Shown here: positions 1-23,799 of the stretch, in pieces | Numbering within the stretch: position 1 is the stretch's first letter | How the letters are laid out: each line of letters starts with the position of its first letter | From: Chrysomallon squamiferum | Taxonomy: Eukaryota > Animalia > Mollusca | Direction: 5' to 3' | DNA: 64,000 bases | Assembly (NCBI GenBank): GCA_012295275.1 | Contig: CM022672.1 | Location: 19,282,001-19,346,000, forward strand | Translations under genes and position numbers: made by a program | Notes under the pieces: generated by a model | Database searches by the model: none | Seen by the model: the letters and a program-made list of their open reading frames with translations, nothing else | Told to the model about the DNA's origin: nothing

Positions 1-3000
1 AATATTTGTAAGATATTTTTAATTTTTGACATCTTTTATTTATCATTTAGATTTTGCACAACAAACTACAGAAATGTGAAAAGTATCTAAAAACCCAATA
101 ATTATAAAATAAAAACAAAATCTGGAAGTCACATTTGAAAATTTGAGGGCAGATATTATTATTTTAATTTTAGTAGTTTGTTGTTTAAAAAGTGGGTTTG
201 TGTAAAAACAGTTATCACCCAAATTAATCTAATATTAAGGAAGAACTGTGGTATGGAGAGAGTATTTATACTGGAACAAGTTTTCTTTTCTCTTGTTTTA
301 GTCTCATAATTATTTGAATATTTTACTCTAGTTGGGGAAGTATCTAGTGCCAATTCTGCTGAATTTTTTTCACTAAATTTGTTAGTTGTATTTTATTATA
401 TTTAAATAATTGTATTAGGTTATGACTGAGTTAGGTGTGTGTGTGTGTGTGTGTGTTTTTAAGAATATCCAAGTTCAATATTTAGTCTTTCATAATAAAT
501 CAATTATTGTAATTGTGTCTTCCTTGTTACATTTACATAAACTTATTAGTTTTGTCTTCCGCGGTTTAAAAAAAAAGAAGAAGAAAAGGAAAATGTTTAG
601 AAGTATTTTCAGATTTGAAACTTTAGATAAATTTTTGTTTGTTTTGTACACGTGTGTGTTGATGTGTGTGTGTGTTATTTGTCTTTTTCATGTTTTAGTG
701 ATCTGTATCTGCAGTTTAGCAAATAAACAAAGAGTTATAAGACATGTAATGTACATGTCCATATCCAGTATTTATTTACATTAATTTCATTAAAGGAAAA
801 AATAAAGCAGATAATAATTTAAAGAGTTCTGGTATTCAAGTGATGTGTTGAACTTTCAGGATTTTGGTTTACCTGCTCAAAACAAAAGTTAAAGTAATGT
901 ATGCTAATAGAAGTTTGTTTGTTTTTGTGGGGTTTTTCTTCTGTCTTGTGTGTTGCTGAACATTATTATTATAATCATCACCATAAGGTCATAATCATCA
1001 TTATCATCATCATCATCATCATCAATGATGTAATATTTTATAATAAAATGTTATTTAACGCTTTTGGGGACCAAATTAACAAAATGCTAATTATAAATAA
1101 TATGACTTATTTATTGTTGTTTTTGTTTATCATGCATATCATTTTACTAACCATTTGAATCTGTTGCAAAATATTTTAACTGGTTGAAAATAAAAATCTG
1201 GTATATTTTAAAATTTGCTTTTGCCAGCCTGATTTTCACTGCAACTTAAAGGCAAATTGGACAAGTATTCCTTTACTTTTGTTTCATTTTATGTGTCATT
1301 CATTTAGCAGAAGTTCTTATAGAAGCATAAATGAATTTTAATATTTTAGCTTAGAAAAATGTTTGACCTGCACTGATTCCATCATACTTATTTTGAGTTT
1401 TATTTTCTGACACAAATCAAAATTTGTTACCATTACAATTCTTAATTTCTACCAAAAACCTTCAGATTTTGTAAATGCATTCCCCTTTTTCTTAATTCAC
1501 AAATGTTTAGAATTGTTTTAAAATGAATAATTTTTTTTTTTTTTTTTTTTTTTTTTTTCTCTCTGTTTTAGAATTCTAAAATCATTTAGATGATTTTCAT
1601 AAAGCACTCCATTTTTGTGGAATTTTTTTTTTTTTTTTTTTTTTTATAATATTGTCCATTAAGTATTTTATTATTGAGCATCAAATAAAACACATTCATA
1701 TCTGATTTAGAAAGCTTTCAACAACATTCACAATTCATACACTTTTTAATAATCTGTTTCCAGATGAGATCAGAGCACTTAACATATAAAATAAATGAGA
1801 CGCTTAAATGTCAATATTTTTCTTCCCTGGTTTTATTATAAATACAGTTGCTGTGATTTTATGCTTGCTAAACTGTGAGATACTTTTATTATTTCTAAAT
1901 TTAAAAAAAAAAAAAAAAGCTTCTTGCTTACAGGAATTTAATATTTTATAACAGTTTATAATATTACATATTATTTATCACTCTCATTATAAGAAAAATA
2001 TAATGAGCCATGTAACTGTTAATACTGTTGTATAAAATGTACAGTGAAATAAATGTTTTTAAAAATGTTATTTTGTTGCTGTTTTAATTTGCACAGTAAA
2101 GATAAACCTGGAATGCATAGCATTCACAGCATTTTCCCTTACAATTATTTCAGTTGTGAGGTGTTAAATCAGAAGTTACTGTATTACTTATTGATGTTTA
2201 TTTCTGTCATACCACTGATAAATTCACTGGATTTGTTTTCATGTCTGGATTTGGGGGTTTCTGTTTGCCTTTAAAAAGAAGATGCAAGATTTTGAAATGG
2301 TGACAAAATTTATTTTACAAAAGCATTTCACAGAATATGATAATTAAATAATTTAATTATGTTTGGGAAAAAAAAAAAAAAAAAAACTTTACTGTCAAAG
2401 ATGTGAATTCTATATCATAAAACTGTCTATCATTCCATTTTCAGTTCAGTTCCTTGTTAACTGGATCTAACATGACTTTCTTTCCTTCATTTTTTGTTTT
2501 ATTTCTATTAATTTTCAATTTTTTTCCCATAGCATCATTACATTAATAAAATAGTCCTATTCTTCTTTTATTTTATTATTATTATTATTTTTGTTTTAAT
2601 TATTAATCAAAGAGAATGAACAATAAAATACCACCTAGTAGCAAGATAACATTTTGTCTAGTGTAGATAAAACAGAAAAAGTATATCAACAGCACTGTTA
2701 AGTATTTTTGACATGTCTAAATGTATATACAGCAAACAAAATACTGTTTCTGCCACGATCATGAAATGTACAAAACAAAAAAGGACAAAAAGTAATGCAT
2801 GAAAAAGGTTTTATTTCAGAGAACAGATTTAATTTATTACAGAGCTAAGATGTTTAAACATATAATCCTGAACAACTCTTGCAATTAAGAAAATTACTGC
2901 AGCATAATAAATAAATAACTAAATAAATAAATAAATAAATAAATAATAATAAAATACTTTGGAAAAATAATAATGTATAGAACTGCATACTGCAATTGGT

Positions 3001-3516
3001 TAGCAAACAAAATGACAAATATAATAAGTTGTAAAGTAAAATAGAAACAAAAATACAGTAAACATAATAATATATAAAACACTTGTAAACTGGACGGATG
3101 TTTTAAAACAAATGTATAATAAAGATCTGTACATATTGGGGAAATAATTTAATTTTAATATGTACAATTTAAGACAAGTAGAATATTAAATAAATTTAAC
3201 AATAAACAGCATTAAATGAGTGATGAAATCACTATTTTATCTTAAATTACTTTTAATAACAGACAACAATAAAAGACTGCAGAATAAATAGATGAATTAT
3301 TAAGTTATTTTAGTTTTTAAAATATATTTTGTCATATATTAATGTATATCAGTATTCAGTTAAAATATTTAGTTTAAACCAATTGGTCATTTCTGAAAAA
3401 CTTATGTATTAGACATATTACTGAGATAACCAAATTTGTTTTCAAATGATTAGGGGTGGAATTTTTTTAAATATTATATTCCTCATGTTTCATCTTTCAT
3501 CTCAGAAATCTGTGAA

Positions 3517-3518
3517 AA

Positions 3519-3601
<83 letters not shown>

Positions 3602-3620
3602 AATAAAATAAAATAAAATA
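3517..3620. repeat. (TAAA)n/(TAAAA)n microsatellite
   Basis: A long run of TAAA units is directly visible. Confidence 0.95.
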
Positions 3621-4256
3621 TATAAAATATAAATATCCTAAAGCATTTTATATTAAGCAGTTTCTTTCTTTTTTTTTGAAATGATATTCATAGATTATAT
3701 CTACCTTGTAAGAGACACCAAGAGTAACACTGTTGACCTTATCATTGTGAAATTTCTGAACAGTTAAAACTAATTCTGGCCTGCATTTTTAACACAAGGA
3801 ACAGGTAATCACATCAGTTATCTCAAAGCCAAAACTTTTTTAACATTTAAAGCATTGTTCAGACAGATACGGAGTAAATACTCAATATGAGGAACAGTAA
3901 AAAATGAGATAACCAATTTAATTGATGATCCCGAAACACGGAAATAAAACTGAACAATGCAAAATTCTTACACCTATGTTGATATTCCCTAAAAAATTCC
4001 AGTTTTTGTATTAAGCAAAATAAGTTTGTGACATTCATGGAGCATAATGGCTCATCATTATTATTATTAAATTTTTATGTGTCAGTTTTATAGGAATGCT
4101 ATCAAGATAAAATACAACAATTTTTGGGGACTAAGTTTTATCCTGCCTGCACACATCAATTCCACAGACAACTCTTTCAGTATCTCTCTTTATCATCTCT
4201 TTCAGGCAAAAACACAGATAAAAATTAAAAAATACACTACAGACACAATGTCACAG

Positions 4257-15084
<10,828 letters not shown>

Positions 15085-15867
15085 TTTGACTCTTTCTTAT
15101 ATTAAATATTTTTTCTAAAATAATAATAATTTTTCTAAAAAGCACTCTGTTTTGTTACATAAAACAGTAATAGTTCACATTGCTGTTTGAAGTCTTTCAG
15201 TTTTTGGTCATGTCGGCCATGTCAAAATATTTGTGAATCTCGAATCTAAAGTGATGAAGTTTATTTTTCCATTTTGTCACTAATTAATCTTTCAAATATG
15301 AAATATTAATATCAATATTTTAAAAGTTTCATAAAGTACAATTCATTTGTTTAGAACCCTATTATCTGTGTTTATTTAGTTTCGCATTTTGTATTGAGGT
15401 TATCAAAATTAGAGACTGGTATTTCTAAAATATTGAAGGCGTATTTATATAGAAAAAATCAGTTCGGAAAGGGAATTCCTTCGTTTGTCAAATTAAATTG
15501 AATCATTATATGTGACTGGTACTCCCAAATTTAATACAACAACAACAAAAAAAAAAAATAAAATAAATAAATAAAAACAACAACAAACAATAAATAAAAA
15601 ACCGCAAAAATGTTTTTTTTTTTTATTCACTGACACTATTTTTTGTATACTTTTTATAATTTTTTTAAAGTTTCTTAAATTACCCGACATTAAACTATTT
15701 TGATAACATACTTTAAGAAATGAATGCATGTAATAAGTAAAATAAAATAATTTAAAAAAAAAAAAAAAAAAAATTAAAACCGGTCATATACATCACAAAG
15801 GGATTCAGAAATGAAAGTACCCAATCGAATGAGCCCTTCCCCCGCTACCGGTCTATGAAGTGTGAGC

Positions 15868-16838
15868 ATGTCTCGGAAAGAAAGCAATCCTTCAGAAAAT
15901 GATGACAAATTCTACACAGATGCAGAAACATATTGGCGAAATATTAAGCCCACATTAGATGGAATGCTTGGGGGATTTGCAAAGATATCGCCTGCAGATA
16001 TCGATGGATCCAAGGCATTCGTGAGACCATTTTTAGAAGTCAGTACATCATCTACATCTGTTTTCGTCAAATACGTATTATCATTATTGTTTGATGTTCA
16101 CAACATTTCGACTCGATTTCGAATAAATTTTAAACGTGCTAAGACGTATTTGTTAATTAGTAAATAATAAAATCGTAAAATAATTAAATATCCACTATTC
16201 TTCAGTTTTGTATCTGTGTTTGTTTCAAGCGAGTCTAATACTGATAATCATAATAACAATTTCAAAGATATTATGATTGTTGTAATTTGTTACAAAATAG
16301 TAATTTTCTGTTATTGCTGTTTCAGATTTCTGGTGGCAAAACAGAAAACCACAGGGCATTAGATTGTGGATCGGGTATAGGTCGTATTACCAAGCGACTG
16401 CTTCTTCCAATGTTTGACACTGTAGATATGGTAGATGTTAATCCCATTTTTCTTGAAAAAGCAAAAACATTTGTTGGAGAAGAATCGAAACGAATAGACA
16501 AATTAATCTGTTCAGGATTGCAAAACTTTACACCTGAACAAGGACATTATGACGTAATATGGTGTCAATGGGTCCTTGGTCACTTGACTGATGAAGATTT
16601 GGTGGCTTTCTTCAAAAGATGCAAAACTGGATTGGCCCAAAATGGTTTGATATGTGTTAAGGATAACATGGCATCTGGGAAAGAGAAGGATTTTGATGAA
16701 GAGGACAGCTGTTACACAAGACCATTGGCAGACTTTGTACAGCTTTTCAAAAAAAGTGGTTTGACAATTTTAAAACAACAGAAACAAAAAGGATTTCCCA
16801 AAGGTTTATATGATGTGTACATGTTTGCTTTGAAGTAA
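15868..16838 (+). CDS. NTMT1: N-terminal Xaa-Pro-Lys N-methyltransferase 1 (NRMT/METTL11A family), 227 aa, 2 exons
   Basis: Exons 15868-16038 and 16326-16838 with a GT-AG intron. Motifs YW..IKPTLDGMLGGF, ALDCGSGIGRITKRLL (SAM-binding), YDVIWCQWVLGHLTD and ICVKDN are diagnostic. Confidence 0.96.
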
Positions 16839-17545
16839 ACTTAACTCTTTTATTTTTCTGTGGTAAAAGGTCAATACTGTGAGGATTCTTAAAGATTTCC
16901 ACAAATAATCACATTCAGCATTTTCTCTTGCCAAAAAGAAAAATCTCCATTTTGTCAAATTAGCGTCATACAATCATTACAAGAAATAAAAACAAAAATG
17001 CATTTTATTCTTCTCGTTTTTATTCTTAAATCATTTGAAGCACTTAGTAAATTTTCTTTTCTATCACAATGCTTTGTAAATTTACAATATTTCCTGAAAT
17101 TTCAGTACAAAAACAATTTTAATAGTTTCCCTATATGCACTTCTTTTGCTCCAAGTAATAAATGATTGAAAAAATGAAAAATTCTTATATTTATTGGACA
17201 CAAACTAGTCCCAACACGGTCTCATTTTGCACCAAATAAATATCATCAGATGCATTTGTAAATAGTGTTAGGTCAGTAAAGCTATAAAAAAAACAAAGAT
17301 AAAAATTAACTTATTTAGTTTGCTAGTAGTAACTATTAATTGCAGTGATTATCAAAATTGAAAATAAATCAGTAGATTTGAGGACAAGTTAAAAAAAGAA
17401 AAATTTAACTCAAAAAGTTAGCCGATTTTCTAACCAGAGAAAACTCAAGTGGATAGATAACACTCCTGTCATTCTGATAAACTATAAATGGGAATACTAA
17501 TACAATTAAAAACATAAAACAACAGGTGAATGGAAACAGTTTTAT

Positions 17546-19748
17546 TTAAGCTTTTAGAGCATATTTTCTCACAGGATACAGTCTTTCCTTGCGCTGCTGT
17601 TTCTTTGTCTTTCTACGACTCTCGTATTTATTAAGTGCCCGACGCATAGCTCTTGTTTTCTTGGGACGAAGATCCTTAGGCTTATGGCGCTTGCCCTTGA
17701 AGAACATCCTCAAATTTTCCTTCTGTGTCTGGTTAATTACAGTAAGGACTCTGGCAATAGACTTTCTTACTGTGCATCTGCAATGAACATTAGCATGGTA
17801 TGATCAACAACCCAGTTAAATGATATATTCTAATCCCTTCAGAGAGCTGCTGAGTACTAAAAAAGTAAAGAGAACTCACAACAAACTACACGTTATTTTC
17901 TTATTACCAACAAGTTTTTCAACTTAGATCACTGCAGAAATGAAGTATTAAAATATTATATTTATTATTAAAGACAAAAAAGAAATACTGAAACTATATA
18001 TTGTCAGTTTAATCAAGAAGCAAGTTAATTTTGATTAAACATTTTTTTTTTTGTGTGTTTGTATTTAGTTTCAAAACAAATGTGCATTAAACCTGTAGCA
18101 ATGATAAAAATTTACTAACTCCAACAGACATTCAAGAAACTGGTATAAATAACAGTTGTATTCATTATTTGCAGATCTTATTGTATTACCTGACAATGCT
18201 ATTTGATGTAAAGTGGATAAAAACTAAACTTACATTTTTGCCAATTTTGAGGCTGCTCCTCCAGTAACCTTAGCAACACGGAGATTTGCCAGTTCCTGAA
18301 ATAATCAAATCAAGGTACTAAATTAATATGTTCCTCAGAGACCAACACATACTTAACATTATTAAATATTCATTGTTTTTAAGACTCAGCCTTTACAATT
18401 TAGCTGAATTCAGCAGTCAACACAACAAAATGTATCTGATCATAATAAATATTTCAGCTTTATCTTAGGTTAATATCTGTGTAGTAATAACATTATTATC
18501 AACACTGACCTGCATAATCTGAAAGAAATACACAGTGAAAAGAGTACAATATAGCCAATTATTAAACAAAAATATAAGATTAGTGGCAACTGGATGTAAT
18601 AAACAGTAAGAATTATAGTTAAAGAACATTGTTAAAATTTAATAACTTATAACAAACCTCTTTCAGTTCTCCAAGCTGTTTTGTCAGCTCTTCCTTCTTT
18701 TGTCCTCGAAGGTTCTTTGTTTTTACCTTCGCCTAAAAGCATAAATTATATTGTAAAAAAATATAGTTCTGAGTAATGGATATTTACTTAAATAATAATA
18801 AAAATAATAAACAAAACATTTATATAAAAGTTTTGAGATATCCAATGCAACATACTTATTTGTGGTAAACACTAGATACATATAAAAGTAGAATATTTAA
18901 AAGTAATACCCAAATGTCAGTAACCTTCAATCATGCCACTTACTGTTTCAAAAACAAAACCTCATTACTTACAGCAGTCTGTTAAAGCCAAAATTCAAAT
19001 TTTTAAACAGTATGGCATATGACCAGTACATATAGTTATGAAGTAGATTTTTATTCCTAGTTTTATACAGTAACAAGTATGTGAATCAACCTGGTATCTC
19101 TCCAAAGTATGTTAAAAGTGATACATATTATTAACAATTTAACATATCATTTCATCAAACACATCTTCATTACGTTATTTCAATATTTCATTGCTTCGTT
19201 TACTTCTTTTGGCTGTTTAGCCTAAAAATTATGTATTATATCGTATTACCTATTGCTCGACTTCAGCTCTGTACATTGCACATATAAATGATATATCATT
19301 ATATGCATATATAATTATATTCCCTCATGGTTATTCAACTTACTACGTTACTGTTAGAACATGGATATAAATTTATAAAGATGCCATAACCATGAAATTT
19401 AAACCTACAGTTTAACTGTTTACTTTCTTAGTTTCAAATTATGAATTATGAACATTCTTAACTTCGTTCTAATTATGTTTACACATCTAATCAGGAAAGA
19501 ATTTTTGATTATCGATGGTTTATACAAAATGTAAACATCTATTATTTAGGTATATCTAGGCTATAGTAAATTATTTAATTGTAAAATGAAATCATATTTA
19601 TCAGATTCCAACCACCCGAATTAACAAAATATGCTTTATAAAATGAAAACAAACACGTTACTATTTCATTTATTATAATTTGTTGAGTTCATTTATGTTT
19701 TCAATACAGCGATGAATGACGATTATATATCTAACATCGACTAACCAT
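17546..19748 (-). CDS. RPL35: 60S ribosomal protein L35 (uL29), 123 aa, 4 exons
   Basis: Exons 19748-19746 (ATG only), 18732-18658, 18295-18234 and 17777-17546. Translation: [17 protein letters not shown]...[14 protein letters not shown]...[14 protein letters not shown]...[17 protein letters not shown] overlaps the last base of the stop codon. Confidence 0.97.
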
Positions 19749-19768
19749 GTTTTCTGCTCCAAGTTAGC

Positions 19769-19779
19769 AGGAAAAAGAC
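19769..19779 (-). promoter_or_regulatory. TCT initiator / 5'-TOP pyrimidine tract of RPL35
   Basis: Minus strand reads gtCTTTTTCCT about 30 nt before the ATG, which is the typical transcription start of ribosomal-protein genes. Confidence 0.7.
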
Positions 19780-20271
19780 TGGTTATAGCTCGCTTAGATG
19801 AAAATGCGCAACAATCGTGAGAACACTAGTGGCAGCATGTTGTATTTATACTAAAATGCATAATTTTTAACGTTCATTATTAAATGGGTTTTTTTGTTTG
19901 TTTGTTTTTAGATATTTCTTAACATTTTTGAAATTATTTGTTATTATTAATGTTGGAATTATTTTGCTTTGTTTTATTAGAATATAGCATTTGGTTTTAC
20001 TTTTCACATAAACACGAATGCGAATTTTAAAAATTATTTTGACAAGAATATTTACTTTTTTATATACTATTACTTATTATTTTGGTTTAGCAGTAATAGT
20101 AAAAATAGTAGTAATCATTCATTATTATATATAAATCTTAAATATAATATATACATATTTATTTACTTTATTTACTGCTGAAAGCAGTTGAAGAATGAGT
20201 AGCTAAGATAACAGAATGTAGTAATTAGTTATATTTCATTTCTTCTTTTTCTGATGATGATAATAAAAAAA

Positions 20272-20279
20272 TAATAATA

Positions 20280-20347
<68 letters not shown>

Positions 20348-20362
20348 GACTACTACTACTAT
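20272..20362. repeat. (TTA)n microsatellite between RPL35 and ARPC5
   Basis: Directly visible. Confidence 0.95.
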
Positions 20363-20554
20363 TAATGCGACAGCTTCTACTCATATATCAAAACCCGTAA
20401 CGATTTTCTAGTTTGCGTTTAAGTATTAACTCTTGTTGTTGCGCTTCCTTGATTTTAACCAGTCTAATTTTACTTCCTGGGTGGTGAATCATTTTAGGCT
20501 TTAGAACTTTGTAAACATTTAAACTTTATTTTCCTAAATTATTTTCCTAGAACA

Positions 20555-22296
20555 ATGGCTAAAAATACTGGTGCTAGCAAATTTAGGAAGGTAGATGTTG
20601 ATCAGTACGATGAAGATAAATTTCAAGACGAGGAAGTTGATATAGCAGAACAAGGTCCTAACGAAGCCGAAGTCAACACCCTACTATCACAATATCCTTG
20701 TGACTTGTCATAAAATAATACTAATACTAGTAATAGTGATTGTTTATGTTAAATCAATTCTCCATGTTATCAGATCTTAGTCAGATAAAATTATTATAGA
20801 TATGAAATGTGTCATAAATGTAATTAGCGTAGCCCAAATTAATTTATTTAAAATTTATTATTATTTGTTCATGAACTTTTTATAAATTCGATTGTTAAAA
20901 ACCAACATTTTTTTTTTTTTTTTTTTTTAACAGTTTAATGTAACCCATTACAAAATGTAACCCTGGCAAAAAAAGAAAAAGAAGAGTCTTTCAGCGCATT
21001 TCTAGTTCCATAAAGCATTACTATCAAATTGCTAGTGTAGAATATTACCTCTAATAGCAATATATGTTAATATGGGATATTTTGTTAGTTTAAAATATGT
21101 ATCTCCATTTATTATTATTTTTATTTTTATTTTTATTATTATTTATGAAAATTGCACAAATATGAAAAATTTAAGTATATATGTATACATGTTTTTGTGA
21201 TTCCTTGACATTATTTTAAGAAAAAGAATGCAGAAGCACTAAAACTGGTTTTGAATTCAGCACCAATAGGAACAAAGAATCAAGCAGTGAAGGTAAATTA
21301 ATGTAATTATTATACCATATATGATTACAGGTTATAATTTTATATTCCTTATTCACATTTGAAAAAACATAAATAAATAAATAAATACCCACCCTAACAT
21401 TTATGTATTTCTTTGATAACATGATCAAAAAAGAATAATAAAAAAAAATTAAAAAAAATTAAATTAAAATATAAATAAATATGATTGTTACTGATCCAGA
21501 TTTTATTTAGATATCTTTATTGTAAAAAATTTGTTATATAACTAAGTTAATATTTTTACAGGAGAAGGCAGGTCTCCTTGTTTTGAGAATTCTTACATCA
21601 TTCAAAACAAGTGAGATTGAAGCAGCAATAAAGTCACTGGATAACAGAAACATTGACATACTAATGAAATACATTTACAAAGGTTTTGAACACCCATCAG
21701 ACAACAGCAGTGCCATCTTGTTAGCCTGGCATGAAAAGGCAAGTTTTACTACTTAAATGGTCATCCACTGGAAATTTGCTCATGTCCACTGAAAATGGAG
21801 CACAAAAATTACTCTGATGTGGTTTGAAAAGATATATTTCTTGTGTCATTTTCAATAAAGTGATGCATTTTTCAATGTCAAAATAAAATTTAAAAATAGG
21901 GGTTAAAAATAAAACAAATAGTATTGTTTTAATAGGACTGAAGTTATCTTACCAAGTAATATTAAAAGATGACTGTCAGAAATATAAACAGCTCTTCATT
22001 TACAGAATTTAGTTTCTGACAGTTAGATATGTTTTAGTACATTTGTATACATTTTTCAGTAACAGTAACTTGTAATTATAAAATTGAAATGGCATATTTG
22101 TAAAATATGAGATAATCATTTGGGTTTTTTGTGTGTTAAATTTTGATTAAAACTATTATTTTAGTATGGTTTTGATGAATATAAATTATTATTAGCTTTT
22201 AAATTTTGTTTCTTTTTTTTTGTTGCATTTCAGACCTTTGCCATTGGAGGATTAGGAAGCATTGTCAGAGTGCTGGCTGACAGGAAAACAGTTTGA
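20555..22296 (+). CDS. ARPC5: Actin-related protein 2/3 complex subunit 5 (p16-Arc), 149 aa, 4 exons
   Basis: Exons 20555-20691, 21220-21292, 21562-21738 and 22234-22296. Translation: [23 protein letters not shown]...[26 protein letters not shown]...[16 protein letters not shown]. The ORF track misses this gene. Confidence 0.96.
20692..21219 (+). other. U12-type intron with AT-AA termini (ARPC5 intron 1)
   Basis: The 5' end is ATATCCTTG and the branch site TTCCTTGAC is at 21201-21209. Of the nearby candidate ends, ...ATTATTTTAA| keeps the frame, whereas the adjacent AG would cause a frameshift. Confidence 0.85.
21739..22233 (+). other. GC-AG intron (ARPC5 intron 3)
   Basis: Donor AAG|GCAAGT and acceptor tttcag|. 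The join gives [12 protein letters not shown], matching ARPC5 length. Confidence 0.88.
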
Positions 22297-23799
22297 TGAT
22301 GTCTTGTATGATGCTTCACATTATCTTGCTCTTGTACATTCGATTAACAACAATAAAAATGTATAAATTATATGTTGGATAACATATGTGCGGTCATACA
22401 ATATCGCCTGTCATACAATTCTTGTACCTAGCAGCAATAAAAGTACTTAGATCTTTGACCAGAGGAATCATTTTTAAAAACCAGAAGGAACTGATACCTT
22501 GTAATTATTTTCCTTGAAATTAAAAACTTCAGTTTCAAATATCATTTGAATCACGTAATTTAGAGACTTGTCTGTTTATACTTTATTTATTTTTACTGAA
22601 AATTATTGGTTTGCCATTATGTGAGCTTCAAAATAATGAAAAGCAAAACACTGTGTCATAAATTTTGACCTGAAAAATGTCATAATAAATTAACATCTAT
22701 CCTCTTTTACATGTCTTGTTATTTTTACTGAAATAAAATTACCATTTTAAAACCTATTTATTTGAAAGCTATAACTCTAAAGATACCATTTGGAATCTAT
22801 TTCAGAATACAAGAGATGATGTATACTCAAATTCAGTGATACGTAAATACGGAATACAGAGAAAAAACTAGGTTTAATCAAAGGAATGGAAATTTTGTTT
22901 CAAACTATGGAAATAGTTTCATGTATCAATTTTAATAAATATTATTTTTCATGGATTTTTCACAATGCCTGCATTATTATTAGGTATTAGATTATGAATT
23001 GTTTGCATTATAACCATTTGCCTGACAACACTTCAAAGGTGATAAAACTATTATGTGTAACATATGAAATTTAAAATTAATCTAACAACATATATTACAA
23101 GCAAAAAGGTCAGTTAACCATAATTAAATTTAAAAAAAAGAAATAACTACAAAGCACTTTTTTATTATTATAATTTATTTTGTTTTGGTCCATAACATGT
23201 CATTTTAAAGAGTTAGATTTAAATGAATAACATTGTAAAGTTTTGATAAAAACCAACATAAGTAATAAAAATTGGCTTTACTACTTAAATTGCTTTGCAT
23301 GACAGTATAAAGTATAAAGATTAAAAATAGTTATTTATGTTTGATACGATTTTATATATATATAAACAGTGAATACGAATTAGTATAAAAAAACATCTAG
23401 GCAATAAAAAATGTTATAAAATTCATTCATGAAAAGTGAGGATGAAATTAGTGTTTTTAGAGAAATCTTTTTAATTCAAACAATGACATTTCAGTTGATT
23501 ATAACTACTAAAAAAAACCCTATAATAACTGCATTAAGTGCTTTTATTTTTAACAGGAATTAATAACGGTGAAAAAATCCAAAAAATGCTTCCATTTAAA
23601 TGTCCACTGATGAGAAATGCTGCCAGTGAATCCAAACACAAATAACAAAATAATTTAAAAAGGAAAAATATTCTAATCAATCTCAGAGCTGAAAAGCTCA
23701 TTTAATCCCAAACTATCAAGACACAAATAAAAATGAAAATGTAATTTATTGCATCCAAATTACAGCAGTCTTGTAAAATAATCTGTAAGGAGCATTAAT

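Noticed and set aside
1-4256. Short ORFs in the first 4 kb
   Set aside because: They are low-complexity translations of AT-rich, microsatellite-containing sequence. The region is probably 3'UTR and intergenic DNA, with no coherent exon structure.
17839-18443. Box C/D snoRNA-like pairs in RPL35 introns 2 and 3 (RTGATC...tctCTGA on the minus strand)
   Set aside because: Both C boxes deviate at the G that must pair with box D, the terminal stems are poor, and I found no recognisable rRNA or snRNA antisense element. An Infernal or snoscan run would settle it.
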